This document shows, in pieces, positions 51,016 to 63,871 of a DNA stretch of 64,000 nucleotides (the first letter of the stretch is position 1; each line of letters opens with the position of its first letter). This DNA is from Anthoceros angustus. Taxonomy: Eukaryota > Plantae > Anthocerotophyta. The DNA lies in NCBI GenBank assembly GCA_010909165.1, contig VJWM01000326.1:4664-68663 (forward strand), in the 5' to 3' direction. The position numbers and the translations under genes were made by a program. The notes under the pieces were generated by a model. It was given only the letters and a program-made list of their open reading frames with translations. It was not told where the DNA came from and did not search any database.

Positions 51016-53339
51016 TTTGGGAGGGAAAACCCCGGGGCTTCCGAGGCTTCCCCCTCTAGCGGCCACACTTATCCCACTGTCGCTTCGTACGTTGGGTTTC
51101 GTCCCATGAGACTTGTATGAAAGCTCAGAGTCTTGTGGAAAACAATTGCCGCAGGATGTGCACTGCTTAGCCTTCTAAACAAGCAAGGCCCTGCTCTCCC
51201 TCATACAAAGGCGGTGCAGCACCGCGCCAGAAAAATCACCAATCCTCGACCTACAATGACACAACACAATTGCGGGTCCCGCTTAGCGGCGAGCCTATCA
51301 CGGCGCCTGTGACCCCCGATCCACACCGCAATTTGTCTACCTCTAAGACCACTCTTCTCCACTGTGGCGCCTTTACTTGTAGATTTGGGATTCGTCCCTT
51401 GAAACTGCCAGCCTTCCACTGCGCCTACACTTCTAATCCTCTACTCGTCTCCTCACCCTCTTCCTCCTATTCTAACCTCGGTTTGGGCTTACTAGCTTTG
51501 ACTCGCCCTTACGGCACAACTGCCTGGGGTCGGCCTCCACCAGCAAGTTCTTCCTTGGGCCGGTTGTTATGAGTTTGACACCAGTCAGCGAGCACCTCCA
51601 GGGAGTCTTTCCGTGTGGCCTAACCTCAAGCCAAGAGTTCCCTGGGCATTGCCACACACCCAAAGCAAAGCAATTTCACAGCAACCATTCACAAGGGGAG
51701 CAACTCGTTTAGGCACTTGCAGGAGAGGAAGAGGAGAAACTCCTACCACCGTAGGAGAAACTCCTACCACCGTAGGAGAAACTCCTACCGTGGTAGGAGA
51801 AACTCCTACCACCGTAGGAGAAACTCCTACCATGACCAAGGGCAAAGGACTCCATATGGAAGTGCAAGACATGATACTTTACTTTGTGAAATCCTCCTCC
51901 TCTTATAGAAGGCCTTGCACATACAACCTCCCTTGGGTGACCCTACTGCACGTCACCTTTTTTCAATATTCTATTATTTCCTACCGCCAGCATTTAAGGC
52001 CTGGCATCTAAGTCTACTATCTGATCCTAGGTAAATTTTATTCTAGCAACTTCACCTAAGATCATCCTCGAAGGATGTCAGTCTTACACCACCTACTCTT
52101 CCTATTCTCCTGCTCATCATTTATGGCCTTTGACCATACCTAGTCCTCATCCTCTGGGTTAGTGACGCGTCCTTTGGTGATTGGCCCCCTCGCCCTCCTT
52201 TTGCTCTCACCTCTTCCCAGATTTGGTCGCCTTCCTGGTTTGTGGGGCAAGTACCATCCCGCCCCTTCCTCCTACTTTGCGGGGCGGCGCCCTAATCCCT
52301 CTCATCATCCAGCAATCGCGCCCCGCCGCCCTCGAAAGCGTCCTTGCTTCACCTTCGCTCGGGGTTCTCCTTCCTCCATTTTCTATGGAAGATCACTCAA
52401 GGAAGAGGAGGAGAAGGTCCTACCATGGTAGTCTGACCCTCATTCTTTCCTTTCTTCCTCCTATCGGCGCTGTCTCTTGGGTTGGAACCCTCCTTGCTCC
52501 TTTCCTCCTGTTTGGTTTGTCCATACCTATCATGGAGCATTCTTAAAGAGTCTTCCTCCCCCAATTATGGGCCGATGTTTCCACTAACTTCTCCGGGCCC
52601 TTTTTGCGTTAGTCTCCTCTCCTGCCCCGGGCTCTTCCCTTGTTCGTGGGGTGAGGGAACTTCACCCTCCCCTTCCTCGGGGTCGGACTGCCTTGATCTC
52701 TCCGGTGCTGCTCCCTCCACTGCCTTGTCTGCTCACAGGGGGTATGAGACCGGACCCCGGCTCCTTCCATCCACGGCCAGCCTCCACGGCCCGACTCCCC
52801 ATCGAGCTCCCTCGGCCCTGGGGTACACCTTGCCCAAGAAGTCCTTAAATTAGCTTGAAGACATGGGGCAAGATGCCACTTGGGAAGACTTTTCTTTAGA
52901 GGAGGAAGAGGAGAAGGTCCTACCACCGTAGGAGAAGGTCCTACCATGGTAGGAGAAGGTCCTACCACCGTAGGAGAAGGTCCTACCATGGTAGGAGAAG
53001 GTCCTACCACCGTAGGAGAAGGTCCTACCATGGTAGGAGAAGGTCCTACCATGGTAGGGTGACCCCGGGAGGCGGGTTGTCCCCTCTCCTTACTCTCCAA
53101 GCCATCTTGTGCGAGATATGTTTATATAACCTAATATTAAGCTTAAGTCTTTGATAGCATTTAGGTTATGAAAGGTCATTTAGATGAAAGCGACACTATG
53201 GTCAATTTAAGAAGTAGTTTAGACAAACAATTTTTTATTGTACATTTCTGATCTATCGAGTTTGACTTTTCTCGTCTCCTACTCGTTCCTTCACATGGTA
53301 TCAGAGCCATGCTCCGCATCTTGTGCAAAATCTTGAAAT

Positions 53340-54000
53340 ATGCCGAGGCAAGGTGGCAATCGTGAGGTTCACATCTAGGTGGATCCTCTACACTCATCTA
53401 GAAGATGTCCACCAAGACACCGGCACCTGTGCATAGACACGGTGCTTGACCTCTATGAGCAAAACTACCCCGCCTTACAAAGATTTTAACTCAGCGTGAC
53501 CCTACATCTCTTAACTTGGACATTGAGCGGAATCAAGAAGGCGGCTCTATCGAGCACGCCAGGAGAGGACATAACCCCAACCCCCACCTCGACCAGAGCT
53601 TCCACCTCCCCGTTACTTGTTGTTCGCATGCGAAATAACAATCCAGGATCTAATACAGGTAGACCAAGGCCACGCCGACAATCAGTACAAGACACCACAA
53701 CACGTAAATTTAATGCCCACACCGGATTAAGGATCATTGCTGACAAATCACAAGCGATACTCATCCGTGTGGAAAAAGTGCTATCCCTTGTGCTGTCAAA
53801 CCAGGTTTTTCTCAAGAAGCAGTTTGGCGGCACGGATTCCCGAGGCCAGCGAGCAATTCTAATGCAAAGAGCTCAATAGGAAATCGCCACATTCACGATC
53901 TCCGCAACATGGACCTCAAATTGCAGAATCTTAAATAGAGTTGCTTACCTTATGGATCAGATTCCAGTGCCCGTGTCTTGTGAAGCCTCACTCAGAGTAG
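53340..54000 (+). pseudogene. Putative extra ORF upstream of gag in copia C
   Basis: Starts MPRQGG as in copia B (ATG 19152); IRVEKVLSLVLSNQ; DLRNMDLKLQNL. Confidence 0.5.
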
Positions 54001-55479
54001 AGACATCCGTAGCGAGGAATACCCGATCCGAATCGGTGCATTTTTCATTGCACCTCTTTGCTGAATTGCAGCACACAACCACATTGGTCCACCAGAGGTG
54101 TCGCACTGTGATTGGGACATGCTTGATTTGACCTAATCAAACGTCATAAAAATGAAAAGGTATTTTTTTAGGGTTTGCCACGCCTGGCAACCTTTCATAA
54201 TAGCGAGGAAGGAAAGTTGAGGAGTTCAAGACGAGCATGGCATAGCGGCTAGCTACCCTCCTCCGACCTCCCCGATCCCTCCCCGCACATTATGATCATA
54301 ATTACGAAACAAATGATGCATGAATACTTACTGCGTTAGAGCCATAGCTCTCTATAGTTTGTCATGTTCATGTCCACCGCAAGACATCTGAACGCACTCA
54401 TTAACAATTTTCAGCAACTTACTTTACATCAAACCAATCGCCTCACCATGGCAAAGATCAAAGATCCACGCCTTCCTTTACCTCGAACTTAAAGAGAAAG
54501 ATAGGTTTAAAGGATGTGGCTACTCAATATGGAGAGTCCGCATGAGGAGCATGCTTGTTGCTCGTGTTTGGGCTGTGGATGGAACTTCAAGAAACTGCAT
54601 GTACTAATCCTCCACACCGATGACACTGCCAAGTGGGATTTGCTCAATGGCATTGCCATGGCTCTCCTTATCGGAGGCTTAGACGCTGACCTTGTTCCGG
54701 AAGTCGAATTCTTCACTGCTGCAGCTGAGATCTGGAACCAGCTTGAAAAGACATACAAAGTTCAAAACATGATGACTCTTTGCGCAGTTCGGCAAGAGTT
54801 CTATGCACTTAAAATGAAAGAAGGTGACAAGGTGGCAGCTCGAGAGGAGAAGGTCCTACCACCGTAGGAGAAGGTGACAAGGTGCTCAAGGAACTCAAGA
54901 TAGGCATCAAGATAAGGAAGGAGGAGAAGGTCCTACCACCGTAGGAGAAGGTCCTACCACCGTAGGAGAAGGTCCTACCACGGTAGGAACTCCTACCAAG
55001 CATTTGTTACAAGCCAAAACGGACCAATTCGGACAGACACATCGCGACTTCCTCCTGTCAACCTGTGACCATCACTCTAGAAGAAGTGATTGGTGCCTTG
55101 TTCCGTGAGGAGCAAAGCCGCATTCTCACCGGTGTTCCTAAGAGCAAATCACCGAGGAGGAGAAGGTGACAAGGTGCTCAAGGAACTCAAGATAGGCATC
55201 AAGATAAGGAAGGGATTCATAAGAAGTCCTTAAATTAGCTTGAAGACATGGGGCAAGATGCCACTTGGGAAGACTTTTCTTTAGAGGAGGAAGAGGAGAA
55301 GGTCCTACCACCGTAGGAGAAGGTCCTACCACCGTAGGAGAAGGTCCTACCATGGTAGGAGGGACTCCTACCACGGTAGGAGAAGGAGGAAGAGGAGAAG
55401 GTCCTACCACCGTAGGAGAAGGTCCTACCACCGTAGGAGAAGGAGGAGAAGGAGCTCACTTGCTCCACAAGTGAGAGGA

Positions 55480-55800
55480 AGAGGAGAAGGTCCTACCACC
55501 GTAGGAGAAGGTCCTACCACCGTAGGAGAAGGTCCTACCACCGTAGGAGAAGGTCCTACCATGGTAGGAGAAGGTCCTACCACCGTAGGAGAAGGTCCTA
55601 CCACCGTAGGAGAAGGTCCTACCACCGTAGGAGAAGGTCCTACCACCGTAGGAGAAGGTCCTACCACCGTAGGAGAAACTCCTACCACCGTAGGAGAAGG
55701 TCCTACCATGGTAGGAGAAGGTCCTACCACCGTAGGAGAAGGTCCTACCACCGTAGGAGAAGGTCCTACCACCGTAGGAGAAGGTCCTACCACGGTAGGA
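55480..55800 (+). repeat. Homogeneous 21-bp minisatellite (CCACCGTAGGAGAAGGTCCTA)n, about 15 units
   Basis: Direct reading; similar runs at 52905-53057, 51728-51832 and 38900-39030. Confidence 0.9.
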
Positions 55801-56655
55801 ACTCCTCCTCACAACTCTCTCAATCAACAACGCCTCTTCTTCTCTACTCATCTACCTTCCTTCCTCCACAATCTCCTACTCTAACACCAATTGCTGGCTC
55901 ATTAATTCCAACTCGCCTTACAATCGCTGGGTCCGTCCGGAAATTAAGTTCTTCCTTGGGCGGTTGCTATGTGGTTTGCACAGAGAACCTCCGTGGAGTC
56001 TTTCCTGTAGTCTACCCTCAAGCCGAGAGTTCCTTGAGCATCGCCACACACTCAAAGCAAAACAATTCACACAAAGAACCATTCACAAGGGAGCGTGAGA
56101 GGAAGAGGAGAAGGTCCTACCACCGTAGGAGAAGGTCCTACCATGGTAGGACCTTCTCCTCTCTCTACAGACATCGCTTTTTGACGAAATTCGCACAAGT
56201 GAAGGACTCGGGAGGATGGGAGCGCAAGACACGATAATTTTACTTCACAAGCTCCTCCTTTATAGGGAGGTCCTCACAGCTCCTCTGGCGCGCCTCACCG
56301 CCTTACTCCTTATTTTAGTGTATCCTATTGTCGAATTTTAAGTTCGACATCCAAGCATCTTGGGTAAAATTCTATTCTAGCAAATTCCACCTATGTGAGC
56401 CTTAATGGCTCCAACATTCCTATCTAGCTAGTCAACACACTCTCGGGTGACAAGCATTAATGCCTGCCTCCTCTAAAGAAAAGTCTTCCCAAGTGGCATC
56501 TTGCCCCATGTCTTCAAGCTAATTTAAGGACTTCTTATGAATCCCTTCCTTATCTTGATGCCTATCTTGAGTTCCTTCCTCCAATAAAATAGCCCGGCTC
56601 TCTTAGCCAGGCTCATCCTCGCCTTCTCCTCTTCCTCTCACTTGTGGAGCAAGTG
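55795..56655 (-). repeat. Inverted internal fragment of family-A LTR inside copia C
   Basis: Reverse complement of ~7920-8790; no LTR termini. Confidence 0.8.
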
Positions 56656-59600
56656 ATTTGAAGGCATCCGTGAGGATCCTTACCATCTGCTTGTCTAGTT
56701 CTCTACAAGATGAGGTCGGCATTGGATTCTCGTGCCACCACTCATATTTGCGAGACAGTGAATTGTTCACTTCAACCTTGCTCATGTCCATGACAAGGTG
56801 CTTCTTGGTGATGAGCAAGCACAAGTCTCAGATTGAAGGTCGAGGCACATGTGTTTATGCGCATGATCACACATCTCTCGTGTTAGAAGATGTTCTCGTC
56901 TCGGCATGGCCAAGAACCTCATGTGAATCAGTCGCGATTATTACCTTCATGCGTGCATTTTGACACTTGTCGCTTCTAAAAGTCCTAACAGATGTGTTTC
57001 AAAGGCATTTTAGAAAAATGCATAAGATAGACATAATATGTACACGCATGCCCAACATGTCGCTCACTCAACTGGAGCAAAGTCACTTAGCTCAAGAGGC
57101 CATGCTTGTGGCATGCTCGCTAGGACACGCCAATCGCTCCAAACCGATAGACATGTCGCCACCGCGTCATCGAGCCACTCCTAAGTGTTTCAAACACTTG
57201 CCTGTGTGAGTCTTGCATCTTAGCAAAAGTAAGGAATCTCCTTTCCCAATGCACTGCAACACAAGTCCTTGGTTTAGTCCACGCTGACATATCAGGAAAA
57301 ATTCATGAGCCATCACTAGGGGGCTCGCAGTATTTTTTCACATTAACAGATGACTACAGCAGATATACCCGGACATTCCCAATGCAGCTAAAGAGTGATA
57401 CATTCTCATGCTTTAAGGACTGGCTCACTATTGTACAGAGACAGTCTGGCATGCTACTCAAGGTGCTCAGGACGGACAACGGGACAGAGTTTGTAAATCA
57501 AGCTTTTGACGACTTGCTGCAAGAACATGGAGTTCTTCGCCTAATCGTCTTCCATACACGCCACAAGAAACGGTGTGTCGAACGAAAATCAAACTCTTGC
57601 AATGACGCATGTGCTAATTTATGGATTACCTCAGGTTACTTGTGACGCATATCTCGAACAGTTTGACAAGCTCTCCCACAAGACTCCATATGAGGTGTGC
57701 CTGCCGCGTTTGCTACACTTGAAGGTTTTTGCACACATTCCAGCTGATAAGAGGAAGAAGCTTGATCCCCGTTCGAAAGGACTCCTTTTTGTTGGGTACG
57801 GTGACACTGCAAAGGCGTACAAACTGGTCAATACCAAAACCGGATCCATGGTGCTTGCACGAAGTGTGATCTTTATTGAGCCTGCAGCTCCAGCCTCCAT
57901 TGGGGACAACCACCTACCTCCATTATCGGACATTGTAGACCCCTGTGCACGTAATCGATCCCGTGACTATCCTTTTGGACGATATCATGGAGCGCCGTGC
58001 TTGATGAGAATCACAGCCCAAGCCCCACATGTTAACCCCCGCCCAAATGCCATTGCCAATCGTGGATTTGTTGATCTTGCATCCCTTTTACCGATGGCCC
58101 GATCCCAATCCAAATTGATCCCGATCCGAGGTTACCGACCTAGATGCAACAATGATGTTGCTGCACCATGCCCCCCGACTGCATTTTCAGCCGATGAACT
58201 TGACTCGTATGAGCTCGCCCTGACCGACTGCACTCGCACAGGCAATCTACACGACATCGGCCCCCACCTTCAGAATGGAATGAACCCCGCTACACATCTG
58301 TGGATTTTCGAACCCATCTTGTCTCGGCCTATGCTGGTTGGCCTCCTGATGAGCCTACGCCTATCTCAGCCTTTAATGGACTCCAAACATGTGCAAAGGG
58401 AAGTGCGTAAGGAGGATGAATACCAGTCACTTGTTAAGAACAAAACCTAGGTACTTGCAGACCTCCCACCTGGACGCAAGGCCATATCCTGCAAGTGGGT
58501 GTTCAAGTTAAAACTAAATGCCAAAGGGGAAGTTGCCCGTTTTAAAGCTCGACTTGTGACCAGAGGGTTTACGCAAGTGGAGGGGCTCGACTACCAGGAG
58601 ACATTCTCACCTGTAGTTCGCAGCCAATCCATCCGCCTTATACTTGCCCATGCCATAGAATTTGATCTCGATCTCCAGCAGATGGACGTATGCACGGCTT
58701 TTCTGTATGGAGCTCTTGATGAAGAATTATACATGCTCCAGCCAGAGGCTTATGAAGATCCTGCACATCCAGGCAAGGTGTTAAAACTCCTAAAGTGCAT
58801 ATATGGTTTAAAACAAAGCGGGAGAGTGTGGTATATCACCATGCATCCAGATTCATCAAAGATCGATTTTGTTCGTAACACACCGATACCAATGTTTATA
58901 AGCTTTCCCAAGGATCCTCTATAGTGCTTCGCTCAGACGTGATGTTATCCTTGCCACAAACGATCAAGCACTTGTCAATAGTCAAAACTTAACAACAAGT
59001 TTGACATGAAAGATATTGGCGAACTAAAGTTTTGTTTGGGTATACAGCTACGAGTCGTGGAAGTGCCTATGTTCATACACCAAGATAAGTATGTAAACGA
59101 GATACTTAAGAAGTTCAATCTCGATCAAGCACGGCCAAAGAACTACACCTATGCAATCGAACCAAGCTAACACGCCACAAAGGCCTACGTACATCGGATG
59201 AAATCAAAGACATGGAAGACGTACCTGTGCATGCAGCTGGCAGCCTACTCTTCGCTAACTGACCAAAGCATACAATATGCGCCAAGACGGCTTCTTGAGA
59301 ATCATGGAGAGCGACCGATACCGAAAAGGATCTTCCGCTATCAAGGGCACACATAAATATGGTCTCATGTATAAACGCAGTGGTGCATCCAAGCCATCGT
59401 CCGGATTTATGCAGACCGATCGGGCCTCTGACTCAATTTGTTTGCTCTTACTGCTTCCTCCTGCCAATTGGAGTAGTAAAAAATAGCCTTCTATAGCTCT
59501 AAGCTCCATTGAGGCAGAATACAAGTCCATGACCAAGGCAGCCAAAGAAGCTGAGTGGGAACGTAGCCTCCTTGCTGATCTTGGCCAGGCCCAGCACCAG

Positions 59601-62600
59601 CCTACTTTAATCCTCTGCGACAACATGTCAGCACTCGAGTTAGTGGCCAAGCCTACCTTTCACGCCAGAACCAAACACATCGAGATACAACATCACTATA
59701 TCCGTGATGTTGTTGCTCGTGGTGTTATCAAGGTGGACTATATTTGCACAGATGACAACACTGCTGACATCTTAACCAAAGGGCTACCCAAGCACAAGCA
59801 CTATGTTCATATGCAAGGGTTAGGTATTCACGATCTCTCTGCCCATTTTAATCAGTGAGGACACTTATCTGTTTGGGGGGGGAGGGTGGGATTTGGTCCC
59901 AGTTTTGTTGTGTGAATAGTCTTTAAGCTCATCGAGGTTAAGAGGGGGTGTGCAGATATATGTTTATATAACCTAATACTCGCTTAAGTACTGATAGCAT
60001 TTAGGGTTATGAAAGGTCGTTTAGATGAAACGACACTATGGTCAATTTAAGAAGTAGTTTAGACAAACAATTTTGTATTGTACATTTCTGATCTATCTGA
60101 GTTTCAGCTTTCTCGTCTCCTACTCGTTCCTTCACACATCTTCCACCCTTGGCGCGACCACCTCCGCCTCCACCTCTCCTCGGACTCCTCGAGTCCATGT
60201 AAGCCAGGCCTCATCAAGTGCAGCCTCCCATTTGCACTTGTTGCGGTTCCCTCCTGTCATCATCATGAGGACTATTCCTCACACGGCCATTAACCTTCAT
60301 TGTTGGCCTTCAAATCTATTGTGGAGATGGGCCCCCCATGATACATTTAGGGTTTCAACTCCGTGAGCCATTCTCATTCACACCTACCCACCCTTGGGCG
60401 TCTCTACATGAGTGGTCAATTCCCCACCTTCACATGGAGGGTCACGTTCTCCTCCACTTGCTTCTCTCAATTTGGTTGGCCATCTTTGCTCAGGCATAAT
60501 CACCCAAAATCTCCTCTTCCTTACCACCAAAGATCCCATGTACCACTCTTCTGTGGTACTCCTCCTCTGGGACCTCTTTCTCTCCAAGTCCCCGAGTTCT
60601 TGGGCAAGCCCTTCCCTCTCGCTGCCAAGCACTCTTCTCAAGCTCCGACTCCCCAATTCTTTGGTGAGCTTCCGAGCTCCAGCGCTTCTCCTCCAGTTGT
60701 CTTGGGTTCTTCTCAATTCTTCCTCCATGTCCCGGATTTTGATGGCTTGGGTAGCCATCACCTGCTCCTTCGCATCCATTTGCTGGACCGCCACCTTGTC
60801 CCTTCCTAGAGCCTCTGTTTTGCCCTTGCGGTCCTGCTCTAATTGGGCAAAATGCTCTTCCGCCTTCTGTCTCCATGAGTCCCTTTGGGTGGTGGCTCAA
60901 ATAGCTCTCTCCTCGGTCTGTGATAGCCTCCCCTCCAGGACCTTCTCTGCGCACCGCTGGTCCATAAGGTCGCGCTGGAGTTTCTCCACAGCCTTCTCCA
61001 ACTTGGCTGCCTTCTCATCGGACTCCATGGCCTCCAATTGCCACTTGGTCCCTGCTCTCCGCTCTGTCATCTCTTAGGCCTTATTTTCCCGGACTTCCTC
61101 TCGGCATGCCCACAAGGAGGCTGCTAGTTCCCTAGCCCCCTTCAAATCCACACAGCTGAGTGCTTCACAAGCACTCAACAAGTCTCCTAGGGGCCCAAAT
61201 TCCGCCTCACGGCCTCTTGGGAAATCTCCAGCTCCTCGTGACTTCCACTTCACAAGGTGGTCCCTTCTGATGGCCCGCCTCCCACCCAGCCACAGTGATG
61301 GCGGTGACGGGGCCGCGCCTGCCACGCCTCTCCTTCCTCTTCCCTACTGCCAGAGTCAGATGCCTCCTGCAACAGTGGGGTGCCCTCTACCGCGGGCGAT
61401 CCTATCGTGGTAGTCTCCTACCTCACCGTGGTAGGTCGACGCCTACCACGGTAGTCTCGCCTACCACCGGGTAGGCTGCCTCCTCACGGGGTGCCGTGCC
61501 TTCCTAGGCACGAAATGGTGGGGACTCCTCCCACCCTTGGGGCTGTCATCCCTCCCGTGGTAGTCCTCCTCTCATAGACTGCCATCCGGCCCTCCTCGGC
61601 CGAATCTTGCTCCTCTCCTTCCCCTTGCTCTTGTGGGGGAAAGGCCTCCCACTCCGGCAACCTTGTTGCCTCTACTTCCTCCGCCCTCGGTCCTGGTGTG
61701 CTTGTGGAGGTCTGGCCTCCCATGATCTTCGTTAGAGCAAAAGGCAAAGGCCGCTCTAAGCTTGGCTGGAGGTGGATTATCTCAGAAGGATGCCAAGCAT
61801 CCTCAAGCTCTTTGCTGGTCACGAAGCATCCTCAAGCTCTTTGCTTTGCGATGCTCACGCCCTCCGTTTCCCACAAATGCACCAAATAGGTACTGAGGTA
61901 GCATGGCCTTGGCCCCTCCTCATCCACAGAATTTGGCCTAAGGAGCTTCTCCCTGTGATGGATATAGGCCTCATACATTATGGTGCCCCAATCCGGCTTG
62001 GCTCCTCACGAAATCTTCCACAAAAACTGGAGGAATTTGGTGCTGAAATAAGACGTCCGTTGGTAATTCACCAACCCCAACACAATTTTGGCAAAGAGCC
62101 GCCACTTCAGCTCCTTAATACTGTCTGTCTTCCAGCCGTTCTTGGCGTGGGCCTTTACTCCTCCGTCCATCATATCTAGGACCTCCTGCGGAATTTCTGT
62201 GAGGGAAATCCTATTCCCTCCATTCGTCCTCTCGAGGAGAGCAATTCCAGAGCTCTCCTCCTCCGGCCTTTCATAAACCTATCCGATGCTCCTAACGGTC
62301 CAACACCGTGGGTCAGTTCGAGCATTCCTCTCCGGTAGCGCGGCAAGGGCTGCTTCCGATTGATGGAGGTTGATGTAACACTCCTCAATCAATTCCAAAT
62401 TGGTGTAGGCCCATTGGCGGCCATACACCCATCCCAATTGGATGTTTTCCTCCACTGCCCATTGCCTGAAATCTACCAAATCACGGGGATTGAGCTGCCC
62501 CGCAAAACAGTGAATTGAGGCATCTGTTCATCTCCGCAGCCCTCCGCCGCCGCTTCTTTCCTTCCTCCTCGCGAGGAGGAACCCTTGGCAGGCGGTTCCT

Positions 62601-63373
62601 TCCCCTTGCCTTTCCCTGCTCGAGGCATGACGGCGTCTTACTTCCCAAGGGTTCAAAGTGTGGAAGGAATTACTCCCCAATTCCAGCCTCAGCCCTCGCT
62701 GTGGCTTCGCTCAAGTGCTTCTCCTCCCTGCAACGCGCTGCACTTGCCAGACACACCAACCGCCTGATCGGGCGGCGCCCAGCTATCGCCACTTCCTTAC
62801 GGCCCTCCTGTCTCCAAGTAGGTCATGCCCTATGCTCTTAATTCTCACAGCTGCGACGTTCTAGGTGCTCCAAACTCGCGCCTTCCGCCCTTAACCACCG
62901 CCTCTGGCACTTGTGATGCTCAGCGGGCTCCCCACACCTCCCTTCAGCAACTCGCAATGCTCGAGAAGCTCCTCAGCGCTCGGTACCTTCCTCTCCTTCT
63001 CCCTACTCCAGCTAGGGTTTCCTCTCCTTCTTCAGCTCGCGCCTAGTTCCCTTTTGCGCTCGCCTCGACTGCGGTGGTGATGGTGAGGGCGATGGCGGCT
63101 CTCTCCTCCCCTCTTGCGCTTACCCTCTGTGTCCCGCTCTTCGCGAAGTGAGGACGCCTCAGTTTGAAGAGGGAGTTGGCGCTCGAATCGCATTTTGCCT
63201 CCTTGGATGATCGCCACCGAGGCAACTCTAGATTTGGTTCATCATTCTAAAATTCCTAATCCTGCCTAAACTACCTATTTCCCTATCCTATGGATAACCC
63301 CGAATTAATTACCTTCTAATCAATCCTATTCATCTATTCCGCTATTGGTGAGCATATATTGTGGATATCCCCC

Positions 63374-63602
63374 TGTGGGAGGCAGATCCCGGGGCTTCCG
63401 AGATGCACCCTCTAGCGGCCACACTTATCCCACCGCCGTTCAGACGCTGGGTTTCGTCCCATGAGACTTGTGGTGGGATCTTGAGAAACCGTCACTACCG
63501 CAGCCACACACTACCCTCGCCTTCTAAACAAGCAAGGCCCTCTCACGCCTCCCATGCCAGCTACACACCAGCTTCTTAAATTCACCAAGCCTCAATCTAC
63601 AA
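63374..63602 (-). repeat. 3' terminal ~230 bp of another long LTR (minus strand)
   Basis: TGTGGGAGG...CTCTAGCGGCCACACTTATCCC...GTCCCATGAGACTTG...CCTTCTAAACAAGCAAGG is the reverse complement of the LTR end. Confidence 0.85.
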
Positions 63603-63800
63603 GCGCCAGCAGCGTCGGGATGCTTTGGCTCGTCAGCGCCCGATCGTAGATCTGCAGCATGTAGAACGAGCCGGTGAGCGCCAGAACGTTCACAACGCCG
63701 GAAACGACGAACAGGAAGATCAGGACGCCCTGAGATTCCCCAACTCGGTGAGCGGCGTCCGCCGCTTCGTGAAGAGCTTCTTGACCTGCTTCTTACGCAT
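63603..63800 (-). CDS. prtD: N-terminus of a bacterial type I secretion ABC transporter (PrtD/AprD family), truncated, one frameshift
   Basis: MRKKQVKKLFTKRRTPLTELGNL / GVLIFLFVVSGVVNVLALTGSFYMLQIYDRALTSQSIPTLLAL matches the family motif N.L.LT...YMLQ.YDR.L.S.S..TL; GGGGA upstream of the ATG; GC-rich codons. Confidence 0.85.
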
Positions 63801-63838
63801 GACGCAACCATCCCCGACTGAGTTCTTATTAGCGGGCG

Positions 63839-63856
63839 GGGCGGCTTTCGCCACCC
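63839..63856 (-). terminator. Intergenic GNRA hairpin between substrate and transporter genes
   Basis: GGGUGGC-GAAA-GCCGCCC on the minus strand; no clear U-tract, so it may be a stabilising hairpin. Confidence 0.4.
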
Positions 63857-63871
63857 TGGTTACGTTTTGAG

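Larger units (their letters stand above)
54448..59858 (+). pseudogene. pol: gag-pol of copia C (frameshifted; gag overwritten or interrupted ~54840-56660)
   Basis: KEKDRFKGCGYSIWRVRMR; TLEEVIGALFREEQSR; LVHADISG; RTDNGTEF; KKLDPRSKGLLFVGY; KARLVTRGFTQVEGLDYQETFSPVV; CDNMSAL..FHARTKHIEIQHHYIRD..ADILTKGL. Confidence 0.92.
53108..60136 (+). mobile_element. Full-length Ty1/copia element C (7029 bp)
   Basis: 188-bp LTRs 53108-53295 and 59949-60136 (TG...CA); TSD CATCT at 53103-53107 and 60137-60141; PBS TGGTATCAGAGC 53296-53307; PPT AAGAGGGGG 59940-59948. Confidence 0.95.
52140..62628 (-). pseudogene. LTR-embedded ORF of the diverged family (segments 60142-62628 and 52140-53107)
   Basis: MPRAGKGKGKE start; DFRQWAVEENIQLGWVYGRQWAYTNLELIEECYINL; PDWGTIMYEAY; PCYLSTYLVHLWETEG; coiled coil MATQAIKIRDMEEELRR; ends ...NPEDED*. 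Confidence 0.72.
51016..63373 (-). repeat. Diverged (family-B) long LTR on the minus strand, split by copia C
   Basis: Reverse complement of the LTR terminus at 51016-51080; LTR 3' motifs to ~52050; embedded ORF; AT-rich block at 63240-63360 homologous to 4500-4640. Confidence 0.75.

Noticed and set aside
55480-55800. Palindromic repeat arrays as a CRISPR array
   Set aside because: Units are contiguous with 5-8 nt non-unique linkers, no unique spacers, no cas genes, and a plant TE context.
55425-55884. PTTVGEG / PTVVGPS / SYGGRTF repeat ORFs as real proteins
   Set aside because: Open frames are a by-product of a stop-free 21-bp minisatellite read on both strands.
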